Positions 13,928-28,538 of a DNA stretch of 64,000 bases are shown here, in pieces. How positions within the stretch are numbered: position 1 is the first letter of the stretch; each line of letters opens with the position of its first letter. The position numbers and the translations under genes are program-made. Source of the DNA: Eledone cirrhosa (lineage: Eukaryota); the NCBI GenBank assembly GCA_964016885.1, contig OZ024744.1:59520001-59584000 (forward strand), written 5' to 3'. Below the pieces are notes generated by a model, which was given only the letters and a program-made list of their open reading frames with translations, had not been told where the DNA came from and ran no database searches.

Positions 13928-14642
13928 ATTATTATATATATATATTATTATTATTATATATATATTATATGTAGCAACAGCGTTTCTATATTTTCATGGT
14001 GGTGTATATTCATACGTAAATGTGGTGTCTATTTGAATGTCTGTCTGTCTACATGTGTATGTATGTATATCTGTACATGTATGTATGCATGGGTGTTTGT
14101 ATGTATGTGTACGCATGCATGTACGTATGTATGTATGCATGTGTGTATGTATGCATGTGTGTTTGTATGTATGTGTACGCATGCATGTACGTATGTATGT
14201 ATGCATGTGTGTATGTATGTATGGTTATCATTGTTGAGGTGGGAGTAAGCCTGAGAATCTACTCTACTAAAATGAAACGGCTTCCGTCACATATAGCCTC
14301 TGACAACCGCAGCTCAGAACTGACAAGGCAAAGGTTAGTTACTGGCGCCTTAAAACCAGTTGCTCCGGGTAAACAGAACTCGTCACCCTTCGGTGGCTGA
14401 CTGTTTTGGAGAACGGTCATTTTGATTTCAAAACCAGGGTAGATGGGACTCGTTAGCCATAACTATGACAGCCCATCTGTGCGCGAGGTCTTAGAAATCC
14501 CCTAGTTGATGCAGAAAGACATTGGCAGTGAAGGTCCCCGAACTGTTGTTACGTGTTACGGCATTTGTCTAAGAGAGGGAAACTGATGTGAAACCTGCGG
14601 TTTACGTGTGTGCTGGTCATCTTTCTTAGGCTTGTCATCTGA

Positions 14643-15055
14643 TAATAACTGTTTCTATTTTAGGCACAAGGCCAGCAATTTGAAGGGGAGGGGGAAGTCG
14701 ATTAAATCGACCCAGTGCATTACTGGTACTTTATTTTGTCTACCACGTAAGGATGAAAGCTAACCTCGGCGGGATTTGAACTCAGAACCTAAAGGGCCGT
14801 AATTCTATGCCACTAAGCATGCTGTCCGACGCTCTACCGATACTGCCAATCCACCGTCATCTGATAATTGTTTCTACTTTTGGCACAAGGCCAGAAATTA
14901 CCCAGTGCATTACTGGTACTTTATTTTATCGACCCCGTAAGGATGAAAGGCAAAGTTAACCTCGGCGGGATTTGAACTCAGAATGGCAAGAACCGTAACT
15001 CTAAGCGTCAAAGCATGGCGTCCGACCCTCTACCGATACTGCCAATCCACCGTCC
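14643..15055 (-). mobile_element. Tandem dimer of family-1 SINE
   Basis: Two full copies joined by TTATCAGATGACGG. Confidence 0.85.
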
Positions 15056-16399
15056 TTTCTGATAACAATAACAGTAACTTAGAGAGTGATACTCATGTTG
15101 TACAAGCCTTGTCACTATAACCCAATGATATACAGATGTATCTTTTACGATGTTCTCATCTGTCATTCTGTGTGCATCTTTAACGCCCTATTTAGATTTC
15201 GTAGCACAAACCAGAACTCGGAATACTTGGCACTATTTATAGACAGCAAATATATCACTCTCATTGTTGTGGTGTCACGCAAGATCACGCAAATGAAATA
15301 CTGCCACTTCCGTAGTTTCGTCATGCCGAAGGTGTAGTATAGATATGGCAGCAGATGCGGTTCTCTGGAAGCCGGACCGGTTGGTTATGTCCTATGTGAG
15401 AGTTTTGTCAAGCGGTGGGGTCTTGGTCTTCACATGCTGGTGTATGTCTTTTGCATGAGCGGAGAGATGCTGATATTGAACTTTTAAGACGGCCATCATC
15501 TAACAAGATGAAGCAATAATTATGTATGTATGTATGTATCTATATATCTATTTGCAAAACGCACAAACACACACACATATATATATACACAAACGTACAG
15601 TCACAACTGTCTGATGAACCTGTAAATATAAAAAATAACAGGTCACTGACTCGACCGTAATAAAACTATAGACACACACACACACACATATATATATATA
15701 GATATCCACGGTAAGTTGTGGGGTCTAGTCTGCATGAAGAACTCAATGTAATCCATATGTTGAAAATGTTGTAGGTTAAAATAAATCCCGGAAAACAATA
15801 AAACATTAAAAGGAAAACAGAGTCATGATATAAGTTAAAACAATGAAATAAAAAATCAAGTCATTAGAAATATACTTCACTGCTTTACGATCATTTCTAG
15901 GTGATGATAGATCGTAACTATACTTCGATATCGATCTATGTAAGGTTAGTTACAAAATATCTGATAAAGAGAATATTTACTTACATGCATATCACCAGCT
16001 GGTGTCAAAAGCACCTCTGGTGCGTTATGGTCCTTCTGGTTCCTTACCACAATTCCTAGCCTTAGAGAATAGCTATGTGTGTATTTGGGTGATCCATACA
16101 TGTATTTATTATGTTTTAATATCTCTGTGTGTGCATTGGTTGTGTATACATATGGTTATTCTTTTAATTTCGAATTGAGTTCTTATACACGTGGTTAATA
16201 CCTAACAGGTTTAAATGACAAGCGTGTATATTGTTTTATTTTAAGATTACCTCCCTTTACCTTTTTTGGGACAGCGTGTAATTTTTTCTTTGAGAGGACT
16301 GCTGGATTGTCTAATCAACCAGTCTCTTCTTAGCGCCGAGGGAGACCATCACCATTCTATTAATGTCGATATAATTCTTATATCGATATTATTTGGGCA

Positions 16400-16523
16400 T
16401 CCACTGATGAGTTTATAAGAGCCCGCTTGTGTATAAAACTATGGATTATATACAAGTTTCTACACAACCTGGAAACTATTTATCCTAAATTGTAGAAATC
16501 TTATAAAGAAACGGCCGTCTGGA
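16400..16523 (+). ncRNA. Type I hammerhead with branched stem-II insert
   Basis: TCCA-CTGATGA-G-TTTATAAGA[two hairpins]TCTTATAAA-GAAA-CGGCCG-TC-TGGA. Confidence 0.8.
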
Positions 16524-17739
16524 AGGAAAGAGATATTTATTTAATAATGTCTCATAAAATAATACAACCAGCTATCCACGAAATACTGATTAGTTAGCAC
16601 CCCAAACACTAAATTGGGATAATACTTAGGTATATCCTAATGTTTGTTGAGTGAGATGGAGTTGGTCAGAGTATCGCTTAAGGCTTTCTCTGTTTATGTA
16701 TTGTATATATATATAACAAAGGAATTGTGGTAAGGAACCAGATGGACCATAACGCACCAGAGTACTCAATACTTAGGGTAGTAGAGTGGAAAATAGGAAA
16801 AAGTATGACCCCTACGGCAGAGCTCAAGCCGTTTCGACGGCTATTTCTGAGTGCAGAAATAGCCGTCGAAGCGGCTTGAGCTCTGCTGTCGGGGTCATAC
16901 TTTTTCCTATATATATATGATGATGATGATGATATGATGATGATGATATATATATACACACGCGCGCGTGTGTGTGTGTGTGTGTGCGTGTATGCGTGTG
17001 AGAGTCTATGTGCTTGTAGATATATATAAATACGTGTGTGTGTGTGTGTGTGTGCGTGCGCGTGTGTGTGTGTGTGCGCGCGCGCGTGTGAAGTTACCTC
17101 ATATTAATTAACACCTACACCTCGACTTCCTATTACCATTCATCCTATTGTCAGCAGCATCTTGCATGTATTATTTAGGTATGTATAAAAAATGTAATGT
17201 AGACGAGAGGTTCGGGGGCTTCGTGAATTTGTTTCAGAGATTGTTAATATGTATTTTGACTACAAAGCAGTAAGCTTATGGTAATGGTGGTGTTGGTGCT
17301 GGTGATGGTGCCACGACGTCAATTATGTTTGGTTATAAGAAGAACCAAAGCCCCCCATAATAATCTCTTCCGTTTAAGTACCGTAACATGTTTTATTATA
17401 TGTATTTGAAATAACAAAACGAAACGCCTTCAAGGAAGCCGCCACTCGACTGAACAGGTTTCATTTGAATATAATTGGAAACAGTCGAAGAATCACTTAG
17501 AAACGGTTACAGAATAGAAAGTTCTGTTAGGACATAGAAAAACATTATGAATGTGACATGTCATATTACGATTTTCTTCTTTTTTTTTCATAATGTTGAT
17601 TGTGCATATCAGTATTCTTCCTAAAAGCCACTTATATGGACAAGCTTTTGTTTGAAAGGTTATAGGAATCCTGTAGTTAAAGAATCATTAGAACAAGTTT
17701 TATCTATTGCCACATAGAAACACATGATGAATACCACAG

Positions 17740-18100
17740 ATGTTGATTAAAGGGTCTTTGGAGTAACGCTACTCGATAAAGTGTATAGCTCGGACATCAG
17801 AGAGTCACTCCAGGGAGAGCTTCTTCTTCTCTGAATTGTGAGATCACAGCTTCGATATATGGGCATGTGATTAGAATATCTCAAGAAAGAATCGCTGGAC
17901 AGATTTTACGGGTAAAACCAACTGGCAGGAGACCCAGGGGTAGATCCCAAGCAAGATGGTTGGATAAGCATGGATGGCTTCGCTTGGGGATCAAGTCGGA
18001 TCAGTTGAAGACAGTTGCTTCTGATAGGACCCGATGGAAGGAGTGTTTGAAGAATGTCTCCACGACCCTCTCAGGAATAAGTGGGCAAAGAAGAAGGAAA
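17740..18100 (+). pseudogene. RTE LINE 3' fragment
   Basis: GRRPRGR...RW..VASDRTRW thumb/C-terminal motif. Confidence 0.75.
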
Positions 18101-18478
18101 GAAGATTTTTTGTTCCATAATATTGCTTGTATAAAAACTAGAGACAACAGGTAACATAAGAAGGTATCCTAATAGTCACTTAAATTGGTATGTTTCCCTT
18201 GAAAATGAAAGAGACAGCCGAGAGATTGATTCCATAATGAAGTGTATCAATACCTTTACATAATGGTGATTGTGTGAAAAAAACTATAGGTAATAGTTAA
18301 CTCAAGAAGTTTCCCTATTAGCTACCCAAGTTGACAATCTTCACCGGAATATATTTAATCAAGGGATTGACTACAGAAGGAAGTGCTACAAAACCTTTCT
18401 TTTTCCTTTCTTTTGAAACAAAAAGTGAGTGGAAATAAAATTAGCCACAAACACACGCGTGCACATACACACACACAC

Positions 18479-18619
<141 letters not shown>

Positions 18620-18958
18620 TTAAAGAGGGATACCAGGTGGATCATAACGCATCAGAGTACTCAATACTTAGAGTAGTAGAGTGGGTAATAGGAAAAGAAT
18701 CAGGACTCCGACGGCTGAGCTCCGACCGTTTCGACAGCTAGATCCGAAAAGTTCAGATCTACCTGTCGAAACGGTCGGAGCTCAGCCGTCGGGGTCCTGA
18801 TTCTTTTCCTATATATATATATATACATATGTTTTTCCTAAAGGCAATATTTGGTCGAATTTTTTTATTATTTTTTTTAATAATATTTACTTCTGAGTCT
18901 ACAGATTGATATTTCTCAGTTTCAGATGATCCCGCATAGGGTGCAGAAATTGTCTTAG

Positions 18959-19041
<83 letters not shown>

Positions 19042-20400
19042 ATGGAATACTGTTAGCTTCTCGCTACAACAATTTCTATACTTTTCATTTATATATATAT
19101 AATTTATACCAAAAAAATGGGTAGACGGAAACTGCAGAAGCCCGACGTCTGTGTATAAATAAATATATATATATATATATATATTTATACACAGACGTCG
19201 AGCTTCTGCAGTTTCCGTCTACCAAATTTTACTCACAAAACATTGGTCAAACCGAGACTCTAATAAAAGAACTCACCTAAGACTGAACCGCGTAGTTCCA
19301 AGGCGAACTTCTTAATAGTATAACGATATTCCTATATCTATACTTAATACAGACCTGCCAATCTCTAAAATCCCAAACGGGGAGTACCGTGAAAAAAAGT
19401 GCCTCAAAACGGGGAGAAATGAGGCAAAATGGGGAGATTTTACATAATGAAAGCTATACTCATTTTCACAAGAGAAAACATCTCTCACCCACCCCAAAGG
19501 TTATTGCAAATCTCCCCGTCGGACGGGGTGAGTTGACAGGTCTGTTTCAATTATTCTAGATTTAAACCTTGTATATATCTTCGAAGAGTAATCATAAGGC
19601 TAAAACCACAGCAGCAACAACCACATTAAAAAAACGACATCAAGTTAAACGCATGCAATGTTGTTGTTGAACCTCTACTGTATCCAATGACCAATATTCT
19701 AATTGTTTTTAAAACGGAGCAGTATGCTTGAGAAATGAACGTGCAAACGGCTGAGTATCCCATAGACTCTTAACTTATTTCTCAGGAAGATTCAGCGTGA
19801 CAGACAGTATGTGACGAAGCTGGCGGCTATGTGGATTGAAACAAGATGAAATAAAGAGTATTGTTCAAAGACACAACACGCTACTGAGAATAGAACTTAT
19901 TACCTTATGATCCCGAGCAGAACGCCCTAACCACTAAGCTATGCGCTTTCCCAGAGACATTCGTAAACACATATATAGAGATAAGTAAGCAAACATTATA
20001 ATTAACGCCCAAGGGATTTTTCGTTTAAAACTACCGACCAGGCTAACTCTAATATCCTGTTTAGTTTTTATGACTTTTTAAATCTCACCTAATACAACAG
20101 AGACTTGCGAAAATGTCTTTTGCGCGAAACACACACTCACTCTCTCTCTCTCTATATATATATGTATGCGGTTGACGGCTGAGAGAAAGGAGTACTCAAT
20201 ACCGAAGTAGAGTTTTAATAGTCATTTTTATTATGGTTAAAAAGTGAGTCTTGTTACCCTTAATGTAAATGAATATATATATATATATATATATATATGG
20301 TGTGTGTGTGTGTGTGTGAGTCGCGGGTTCAATCGGAGGTAACCATAGTAAGGTACTCAATATATTTGTAGAGTGTATACAACAAATTTAATATAGAAAT

Positions 20401-20450
20401 GGTTTTTACAGGAGTAGAACTGTTTCATTCGAAGGAAATCACCAGGAAAG
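20401..20450 (-). ncRNA. Degenerate hammerhead, same family as 5251
   Basis: CTGGTGA-TTTC cttc GAAT-GAAA-CAG ttctactc CTG-TA; A6G change and weakened stem I. Confidence 0.6.
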
Positions 20451-21883
20451 GAAACTGAACACTGAAATGCTTTCAAGTTCGCATTTCTTCCCCCTGTTTA
20501 GCCAATTCAAGTCATTGCATGTGTTTAGTAAAATATAAACTAAACTGTTCTAGTGGATGCTTCATGGCCGAATGGTTAAGAATTTCGCTTCGTAATCATT
20601 AGGTCCTGGGTTTGATCTAGCTCCGCGGAATCTTGGTTGGGCAAGGGGTATTTACTTTGGGTCGAGCCAATCCTTGTGATTGAAATTTAGTAGGCGGAAA
20701 CTATTTGGAAGCCCGTCAGATGGACTGTATCTGTAATTCAGAGGGCTATCCTTGTCACACACTGTGATATGCTAAATGTCTTTGAGACTTACATTAAATG
20801 TACATGTCACTTTGAAATGCTACATTATATTATAAAACGAACTGTACACGTAATTCAAAGAATCAGCCTTGTCATACTGTATGTCAGACAGAATATACCT
20901 GTCAACTCTCCTCGTCCAACGGGGTGGTCATCCACCCACTTTGGGGTGGGTGAGAGATGTCTTCTGTTGTCAAAATAGGTGTAGCTTTCATTATGTAAAA
21001 TCTCCCCATTTTACCTGATTTCTCCCTGTTTTAAGGTACTTTTTATGGTACTCCCCGTTTGGGTTTTTAGAGGTTGGCAGGTCTGGTTACTGGTACTCGT
21101 GTCTCTGGAATGCTCAGCCAGCCACACACACTTGCACGTTAATTTCAAGAGCAGGCCGTTCCGTTGATCAGACAACTGGGAGAAACATTCATCGTTGAAA
21201 CCGACTGAAGTTCATTCCATAAACCCTTTTTGTTTTCTTCTTTTTCTCGGAGTGGAGGTTGAGTTTAAAGTTACTTTCGTTGCATAGTTCCAGCGTTCAC
21301 CGAATTATTAACTAGGCCTGTAAGGAACCTGCGGAAGCATAACCATTTTTGTTTTGTTTTGTTTCTCTTTCTCTTTCTTTTTCCAACATGTAACATCATT
21401 ATGTACCCTCATTCTAGTGTTCCTTTAACAACGAGAAGTCAATGATTATTTCTTTCTCATTATCAGAGGAAACCTAATACGGCACCTGGTTCGTATTAAA
21501 CACTTTAGATCAGCTGCGTCTTTCTTTATTTCTTTCTTTCTTTATTTATTTATGCCCCTATTTTTGTAAAAACAAACTACAAACAAAAAACACCTTTTTC
21601 TTGCTCTATGTCTTTCTTATGCATGCACCCCTTCCTTCTAAAGCATCCTTTTCCTTCCTGCAATGTTTCCCGTCCCCCTATTTTAATATAGTTCTTTCAC
21701 ATAACTATAGCCTAGAACTTGTTTCGTTTTGGTAAAGTGAAATGAAAATAAAATAAAATAAAATAAAATAAAACGCACCACAAACCAAAAATAGAAACAA
21801 ACAAGCAAAATATACAAATGGAATGGGTTAATTCCTCATAAATCCTTTAGAGTAGTCAACATACTCAGAGTGACGTGCATTTC

Positions 21884-21968
<85 letters not shown>

Positions 21969-22085
21969 AAAACTCTAAAAGATGGAACCACTAAAAAATA
22001 GTTGTTGATTTGTGAATAAGAAATTGAGGCGAAGATAAAGATAACCAAACAAACAACATATGGAACATTTAGTAGTTTTCGTATG

Positions 22086-22122
<37 letters not shown>

Positions 22123-22204
22123 TTGGACCTTCGTTGCTGTCGACGTCGAAAATTCTAGTCGTTTCGATCAACGGAGCAGTCTGCTTATGAAATGAACGTA
22201 AGCG

Positions 22205-22401
22205 CAGACCTGTCAACTCTCTCCCGTCCGACGGGGAGATCTCCCACCCACTATAAGGTTGGGTAGAGATGTCTTCTCTTGTGAAAATGGGTGTAGCTTT
22301 CATTATGTAAAATCTCCCCATATTGCCTCATTTCTTCCCGTTTTGGAGGTACGTTTTTCCATGGTACTCCCCGTTTGGGCTTTTAGAGGTTGGCAGGTCT
22401 G
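22205..22401. mobile_element. ~195-bp hAT-like MITE; other copies at 19350-19544, 20894-21085 and 32700-32894
   Basis: TIR CAGACCTGYCAAC/GTTGRCAGGTCTG; 6-bp TSD TAAGCG at this copy. Confidence 0.85.
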
Positions 22402-23691
22402 TAAGCGCATCGAGTATTCCACAGATACGCGTTGTTGGTTCCGACGACGAGTGATGTAGTTGCTTCGACCATGAAGTTAACAAGCAAGTTTGTGGCTGAA
22501 TATTCCACAAACATGTGTACTGTTAACGTAGTTCTCTGGGAGATAAGTGTGACACACAGAGGAACATGCCTGGATCATTGAGTTACATGTAGAGTCGATT
22601 TTGTGTTATAGTGTAAGTGGAAGAAAACTACAATGCGCCTTTAACGTATTTTCTTAGGTAGATTCAGTGTGAAAGTGTGTATGGAAAAGCTAGGGCTTTG
22701 GATTATAAGTTCAACTAATTGTCTTACAGCAGCGGGAGCTGGAGCAATGTGAAATAAAGTGTCATACATAAGGACACAGCGAGCTGCTAGGAATCAAACT
22801 TACGGTTGTGAGCCAAACACCCTAATCCCTAAGTCATGCATGCACCTTCACATTTTCGTATACTGTACTATAAAAAAAATATCATAGTAATAATTGCTCT
22901 AGCCATTCAATTGAAATTCCACGGAAGACAATACATTCCTAGTCTCAAAGAGGGAATGTTTTAGTAAAGCCTGAATAGAACATGTGGCTTCGAAAATCGG
23001 ATTAGTGGTTAGGGTGTTCGGCTCACAACCGTAAGGTCGTAAGTTCTATTCATGGCGGCGCATTGTGTTCTTGAGGAAGACGCTATATTTCACGTTGTTC
23101 CTGTTCATTGAGTTGAAAAAAAAAAACGAGTTGAATTTCCCAGAAAACTACGTTATGGGTTCAGGTGTCTGTGGAATGATCTGTGACAGGGACGTTAATC
23201 ACACCAGCAGGCAATTCAGTTGATAAAAATAAATAAAACACTCGTTGTCGAAATCGACTGAGGTTTCTTATATAGGCACAAGTCAAAGAAATCTGTGGAG
23301 ACAGAGAATGGAATGAATCGTGGAATAAACCTCCATCGGGTTTGACGATGAGAGTTCCAGTTGTTCGGTATATGGAACAGCCTGCTCTTGAAATTAAAGT
23401 GTAAGTGGCTGAGCATTCCACACACAAGTGTACCGTTAATGTAATTCTCAAAAAGATTCAGCGTGACACATGTGTGACATGGTTGGCCCTTTGAATTACA
23501 GGTACAGTCCTCCCAACAAGTTTCTAAACAGTCTTCGTTTAACAGGTTTCTCTCACAACGCTTGGGTCGACCAAGGCTATGGTAAATAACACTTGCCCAA
23601 GATGCCATGCTGCTAGATCAAGCTATGAACCTAATGATTGCCAAGCTAACTTCTTAACCATTCGGCTATGCTGCGTTCTCAAGAGACAGTA

Positions 23692-24238
23692 ATCATCATC
23701 ATCATCATTTTACGTCCGCTTTTCCCTGCTTGCAAGGGTGGGACAGGTCTTATTCAGCACAGCATCCCTCCACTCGTCATGGTCCCTCGTCATCTCCACC
23801 GTGAGCTTCAATGATCTGAGGTCTGTTCTCACCACCTCTGCCCATGTTTTTCGTGGTCTACCTCTACCATGTCTTCCTTCAACTGGCATTTCCTGGCACT
23901 TCTTCACCCATCGGTCATCCTCCATGCGCATCACATGTCCATACCACCTCAGTCTCCTCTCCCGTACACTACATTCTATCCCTCTCAGACACAGTTTCTC
24001 TCTCAACACATTTATGCTGGGTTGTTCACGCACATTTACACTGCACATCCAACGGAGCATGCTTGCCTCATTTCTCTCCAGCTGTTGCATATCCTCTGCA
24101 GTTGCTGCCCATGTCTCACTACCATGCAGCATCGCGCTCCTCACACAGGCATTATATAACCGGCCTCTCGTACGCAGGGAGAAACCTTTCTTCGTCAGCA
24201 GAGGAAGCAGCTCCCTAAACTTCTTCCAACCCGTCCTT
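23692..24238 (-). pseudogene. RTE LINE 3' fragment with (ATG)n tail
   Basis: ORF 23710-24276 contains YNACVRSAMLHGSETW, RRLRWYGHVMR and GRGRPRKTW. Confidence 0.9.
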
Positions 24239-25575
24239 ATTCTAGATTTATATTTTCCTAAAATTTTTGTGGCCACGTTTCTAATGTATATAGACAGTCT
24301 ATGCGTTTCAACTGATTGTGAAAATAATAAAGTACATTGTGGGAGAAGGAAGAAAGTTTCAATAGTCCGGGAAGACTAATTTCTAAGACATGACAAGTTG
24401 ATAAAAAATATCAGATTGACTGAGTGCTCCGGTCAGTCTCCGGCTAGTATATTATGAAATTGGGAGGAAGGTCTCATTAGTGTGGAAATTCCACTAATTT
24501 ACCGCCCCGAAACTGGTACTATATTTATCGACTCTGAAAGGATGAAAGGTAAAGTTGACTTCAGTGAGCAGAGATCCGAAACAAATACTGTAGACACCGT
24601 CGCTCCAACGACTCTGGCAAACCCATTACAGTAGAAACACTACCAACATACGAATATGTTGGAGCTGAGTGTAAAGAATATAGAAAATAAAACAAAAATA
24701 TAAAAAAAAAACAATCAAAATACTTAGACAAAAAGAGTAAGAAAAACATAATGGAACTAGAAATGAAGTTTGCTGCATTCCAGATTCCAAACAGATATCC
24801 AAAGACGGAATCACTGCGTAGTTGCGTTGTCTGTTAGAAATAGCTGCCAAATCTGTCTGAAATTACACTGTACCGTATCGCCATAATAAATGTAGTTTAG
24901 GGTCATGTAGTCTAAAGACCACATAATGGATAGTCACGGATGGAACATATTTAACTATAAGTCTGTTAGGGACTAAATAACAATAACAGAGCACAGTAAC
25001 AGCTATTAGATTTTTAAATTCTATATTAACTATGCAACGAGACACGAATATATGAAATGGATCTCCATCGGTTTCGACGATGAATGTTTCAGTTGTCCGA
25101 TTAACAGAACAGCTTGACTCTGACGTTAACGTGTAAGTGGCTGAACATTCCACAGACACGAGTATGTTTATCGTAATATTCAGGGAGAATCATCATGACA
25201 AAGAGTGTGTGACAAGACTGGCCTTTTGAAGTACAATTACAGTCTATTTTGCAGAATAGAGTGAGTGAGTATTCCATCAGACGGGCTTCCAAGCAGTTTC
25301 TACACCCAATTTCAAAAGACTTGAAACGACACGAGGCTGTGATTGTGAAGTGAACTTTAATCATTTGGCCATTTCTCCATGCAACGCACAACAGTCTATA
25401 TTAGAGGTAACCAACGTTGGCGCTATTGCTCCCTTAGGGCGTTGAAAAGGTCCAGGGGGCACTGGGGGCCTAAGGGGGCAGTAGTGGTGGGTGGCAGTAG
25501 AAATGATATAATAGTATATTATATATCAAATATATATGTATTGTAAAATAAAAAAGATATATATTTATTTATACA

Positions 25576-25968
25576 TAACTGTTTCTACTTTAGGTACAAG
25601 GCCAGCAATTACCCAGTGCATTACTGGTACTTTATTTTATCGACCCCGTAAGGATGAAAGGCAAAGTCAACCTCGGCGGGATTGGTGGATTGATAGTATC
25701 GGTAGAGGGTCGGACTCCATGTTTTGCAGAACAGAGTTATAGCCCTTGCCATTCTGAGTTCAAATCCCGCCGAGGTTAACTTTGCCTTTCATCCTTACGG
25801 GGTCAATAAAATAAAGTACCAGTAATGTACTGGGTAATTTCTGGACTTGTGCCAAAAGTAGAAACAATTATTATCAGATGACGGTGGATTGGCAGTATCG
25901 GTAGAGCGTCGGACAGCATGCTTAGTGGCATAGAATTACGGCCCTTTAGGTTCTGAGTTCAAATCCCG
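25576..25968. mobile_element. Family-1 SINE dimer with 5' inversion
   Basis: 3' half on minus (25576-25683), then a full copy plus a 5' half on plus (25684-25968). Confidence 0.8.
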
Positions 25969-27285
25969 AAACTGAAAAGTTTGTGAACTTCTGGTTTATA
26001 TGATTCTCCTTTCTCGCCACTAGTATTGATTGACCGTAGTAAAAGATGACCATAAACAGTAACAGCAGCAACAGCAATACGTGTGTCTGCTAATGTGGAG
26101 ACAGTTAAATCAGAAATTCACACGGGAAGTGGAAATGGGGATTATGTGAGGTTCTTTCGTCGATGGCATTAATAACATGAAGGAAGTTAGATTTGTAGTA
26201 GTAGTAGTGTGTGTGTGTAGGGGAGTGGCGAGTTAGTGAATACCACCGGAATTGGAACTCTAAAAAAATATAAGGGGTGGTGGAAGGAGAGTAAGGGGCA
26301 TTGGGAAAGATACTCCTAAAAACAAAAAAAAACAAAATAATAATGATTTCTATATTTTTTTTTTATAATTTAGGAACAAGGCCAGCACTTTTGGTGTGAA
26401 TAAGGGGGTAAGTCGATTACATCCACCCCATCTCCCTCTCCCACCATTTCCGCCAACTTCAAAGCTTTCCCCTAACAGATACTCCTGTAGTAGAGAGTGC
26501 AAACAACCTTATTACACCTACTTTGTTCAACACACTACCACAACACTACCGTTGTTGTAGTCCAATCTAATAGATGTTCTTTTTGTTGTTGATGTTGCTG
26601 TTGTTTAACCTCCAGCTTAACTCTCTGATTAAGTCGTTCTAGCCATGACTATCCAATTTTATCCAATGCGGGCTTGTTTTTATTTATTTATTTATTTATT
26701 TATTTTTTTAAATTCAAGACACTAATGGCCAGGAATGAAATGTGACCCCTTAACGTAGGTCTCCGAGAGATAGGGTGTACTACAGCATATAACAATTCTG
26801 GCCATTTTTCTTCCAGCTGAGATGACTGGAGTAACGTAAAATAAAATGTCTTGCTCAAGATCGTGAGTTGAATGTTAGGCGTTCACGTTTTTCGGGAGCT
26901 CTCGGGCACTTTTTTCACCCTACTACAGTAAAATAGAAAGAAAGAGAGAAAACAATTAATCTAATGGGCCTCGTGTCCCTGCTGCTGACCCTAGGCTTCA
27001 ACCTAGTCAGCCATATTGATAAGATAGCCCTACAAATATCTTAACCACTAAGCCACCCGCCTTCACTAAGGCGTACCCGTAGATAGACGCAACAGCACGA
27101 GTTTTGTTTTAGTTTGTTTTTATATTGTTTTTCGGAGGAGATTTTAAGGTGGTATTTTGCAATTGAAAATTCCCAATTAGCGCTAACGACTGACGTGTGT
27201 GACAATGTGTTTTTAATAAATTCTCTCTAAAAAAAAAAAAAAATGACGGCCATCTATTCACCCCTCTCTCTTCTCTCGCGAGAGA

Positions 27286-27335
<50 letters not shown>

Positions 27336-27452
27336 CTCTCTCTCTCTCGTGTTATACAAATATCTATAAATTGTAAAACTACTCGTGTTATTGTTAGCAT
27401 GAGGAACAGGAAATACACGTGTGAAAAAGTAGCAAATTTTTTTTCTCGAGTC

Positions 27453-27502
<50 letters not shown>

Positions 27503-28055
27503 TCCATGTCTGTGGATAGCAAGTGGGAAACTTGTGTGCGTGTGTATGTGCGAGCTGGGAGGCTGCGATAGCTTGTGTGTGTCTGTAGGGATATCTATAT
27601 ACATGTGTGCGGATACCAAGTAGATAGCATGTGTGTAAGGGGGCGGCATTCACTTGTGCGTGTTTGTATAGGTGTATGGGTATGTGTGTGTGTGTGAGTG
27701 TGTACATGTTTGCGGCTACCAAGTAGCAAACACGTAGCATATATGTTTGTGTTTGTGAGGGGGAGGTGAGTGGTGACTGTGTGTAACAACAAGTATGTCA
27801 GTGTGCATGTATTTGACGTATTGTGTAAGTGTATGTGTGCGTTAATTACTGTGTGAGTGTGTAATCGGGAAGTGCTTTGTATGTGTGTGTCTCTGAGTGT
27901 TCATATATGAAATAATCGTTTCTACTTTTGGCACAAGGCCAGCAATTTTTCAGTGCATTACTGGTACTTTATTTTATGAAATAATGAGTGTGTGTATGTG
28001 TGTTTGAAGTTGTGTGAAATATGTACGTATATATGTATATGTGAGTGAGTGAGTG

Positions 28056-28201
<146 letters not shown>

Positions 28202-28538
28202 GCTAGGTTTTTGATATGAAATCTATATTGAAACAAATATTGTTATACTTGGGGAGGGTGATGTTATAATATTGCCAGAAAAATATAGTAAAACACACCC
28301 ACTGTTTGGTTTGGGTTGGTTTTCGCTTCAGTATAATTATGCATTTTTATATTTTTATAATTAATTCAGCTGGCAATCAATGTTTGTCATTGATTGACCA
28401 ACAGTAAAAATTCTAGATATAAATATAGTTTTTCGGAGGTCTTTCGTCACACAACTGTGACATCATCACTGATGTTATATATATATATATAAATGGATAA
28501 TAAATAACCAGGATTAAATTAAATTAAATCATTTAATT

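Noticed and set aside
15611-15650. CTGATGA followed by an ACCTGT/ACAGGT stem
   Set aside because: No GAAA or stem III follows.
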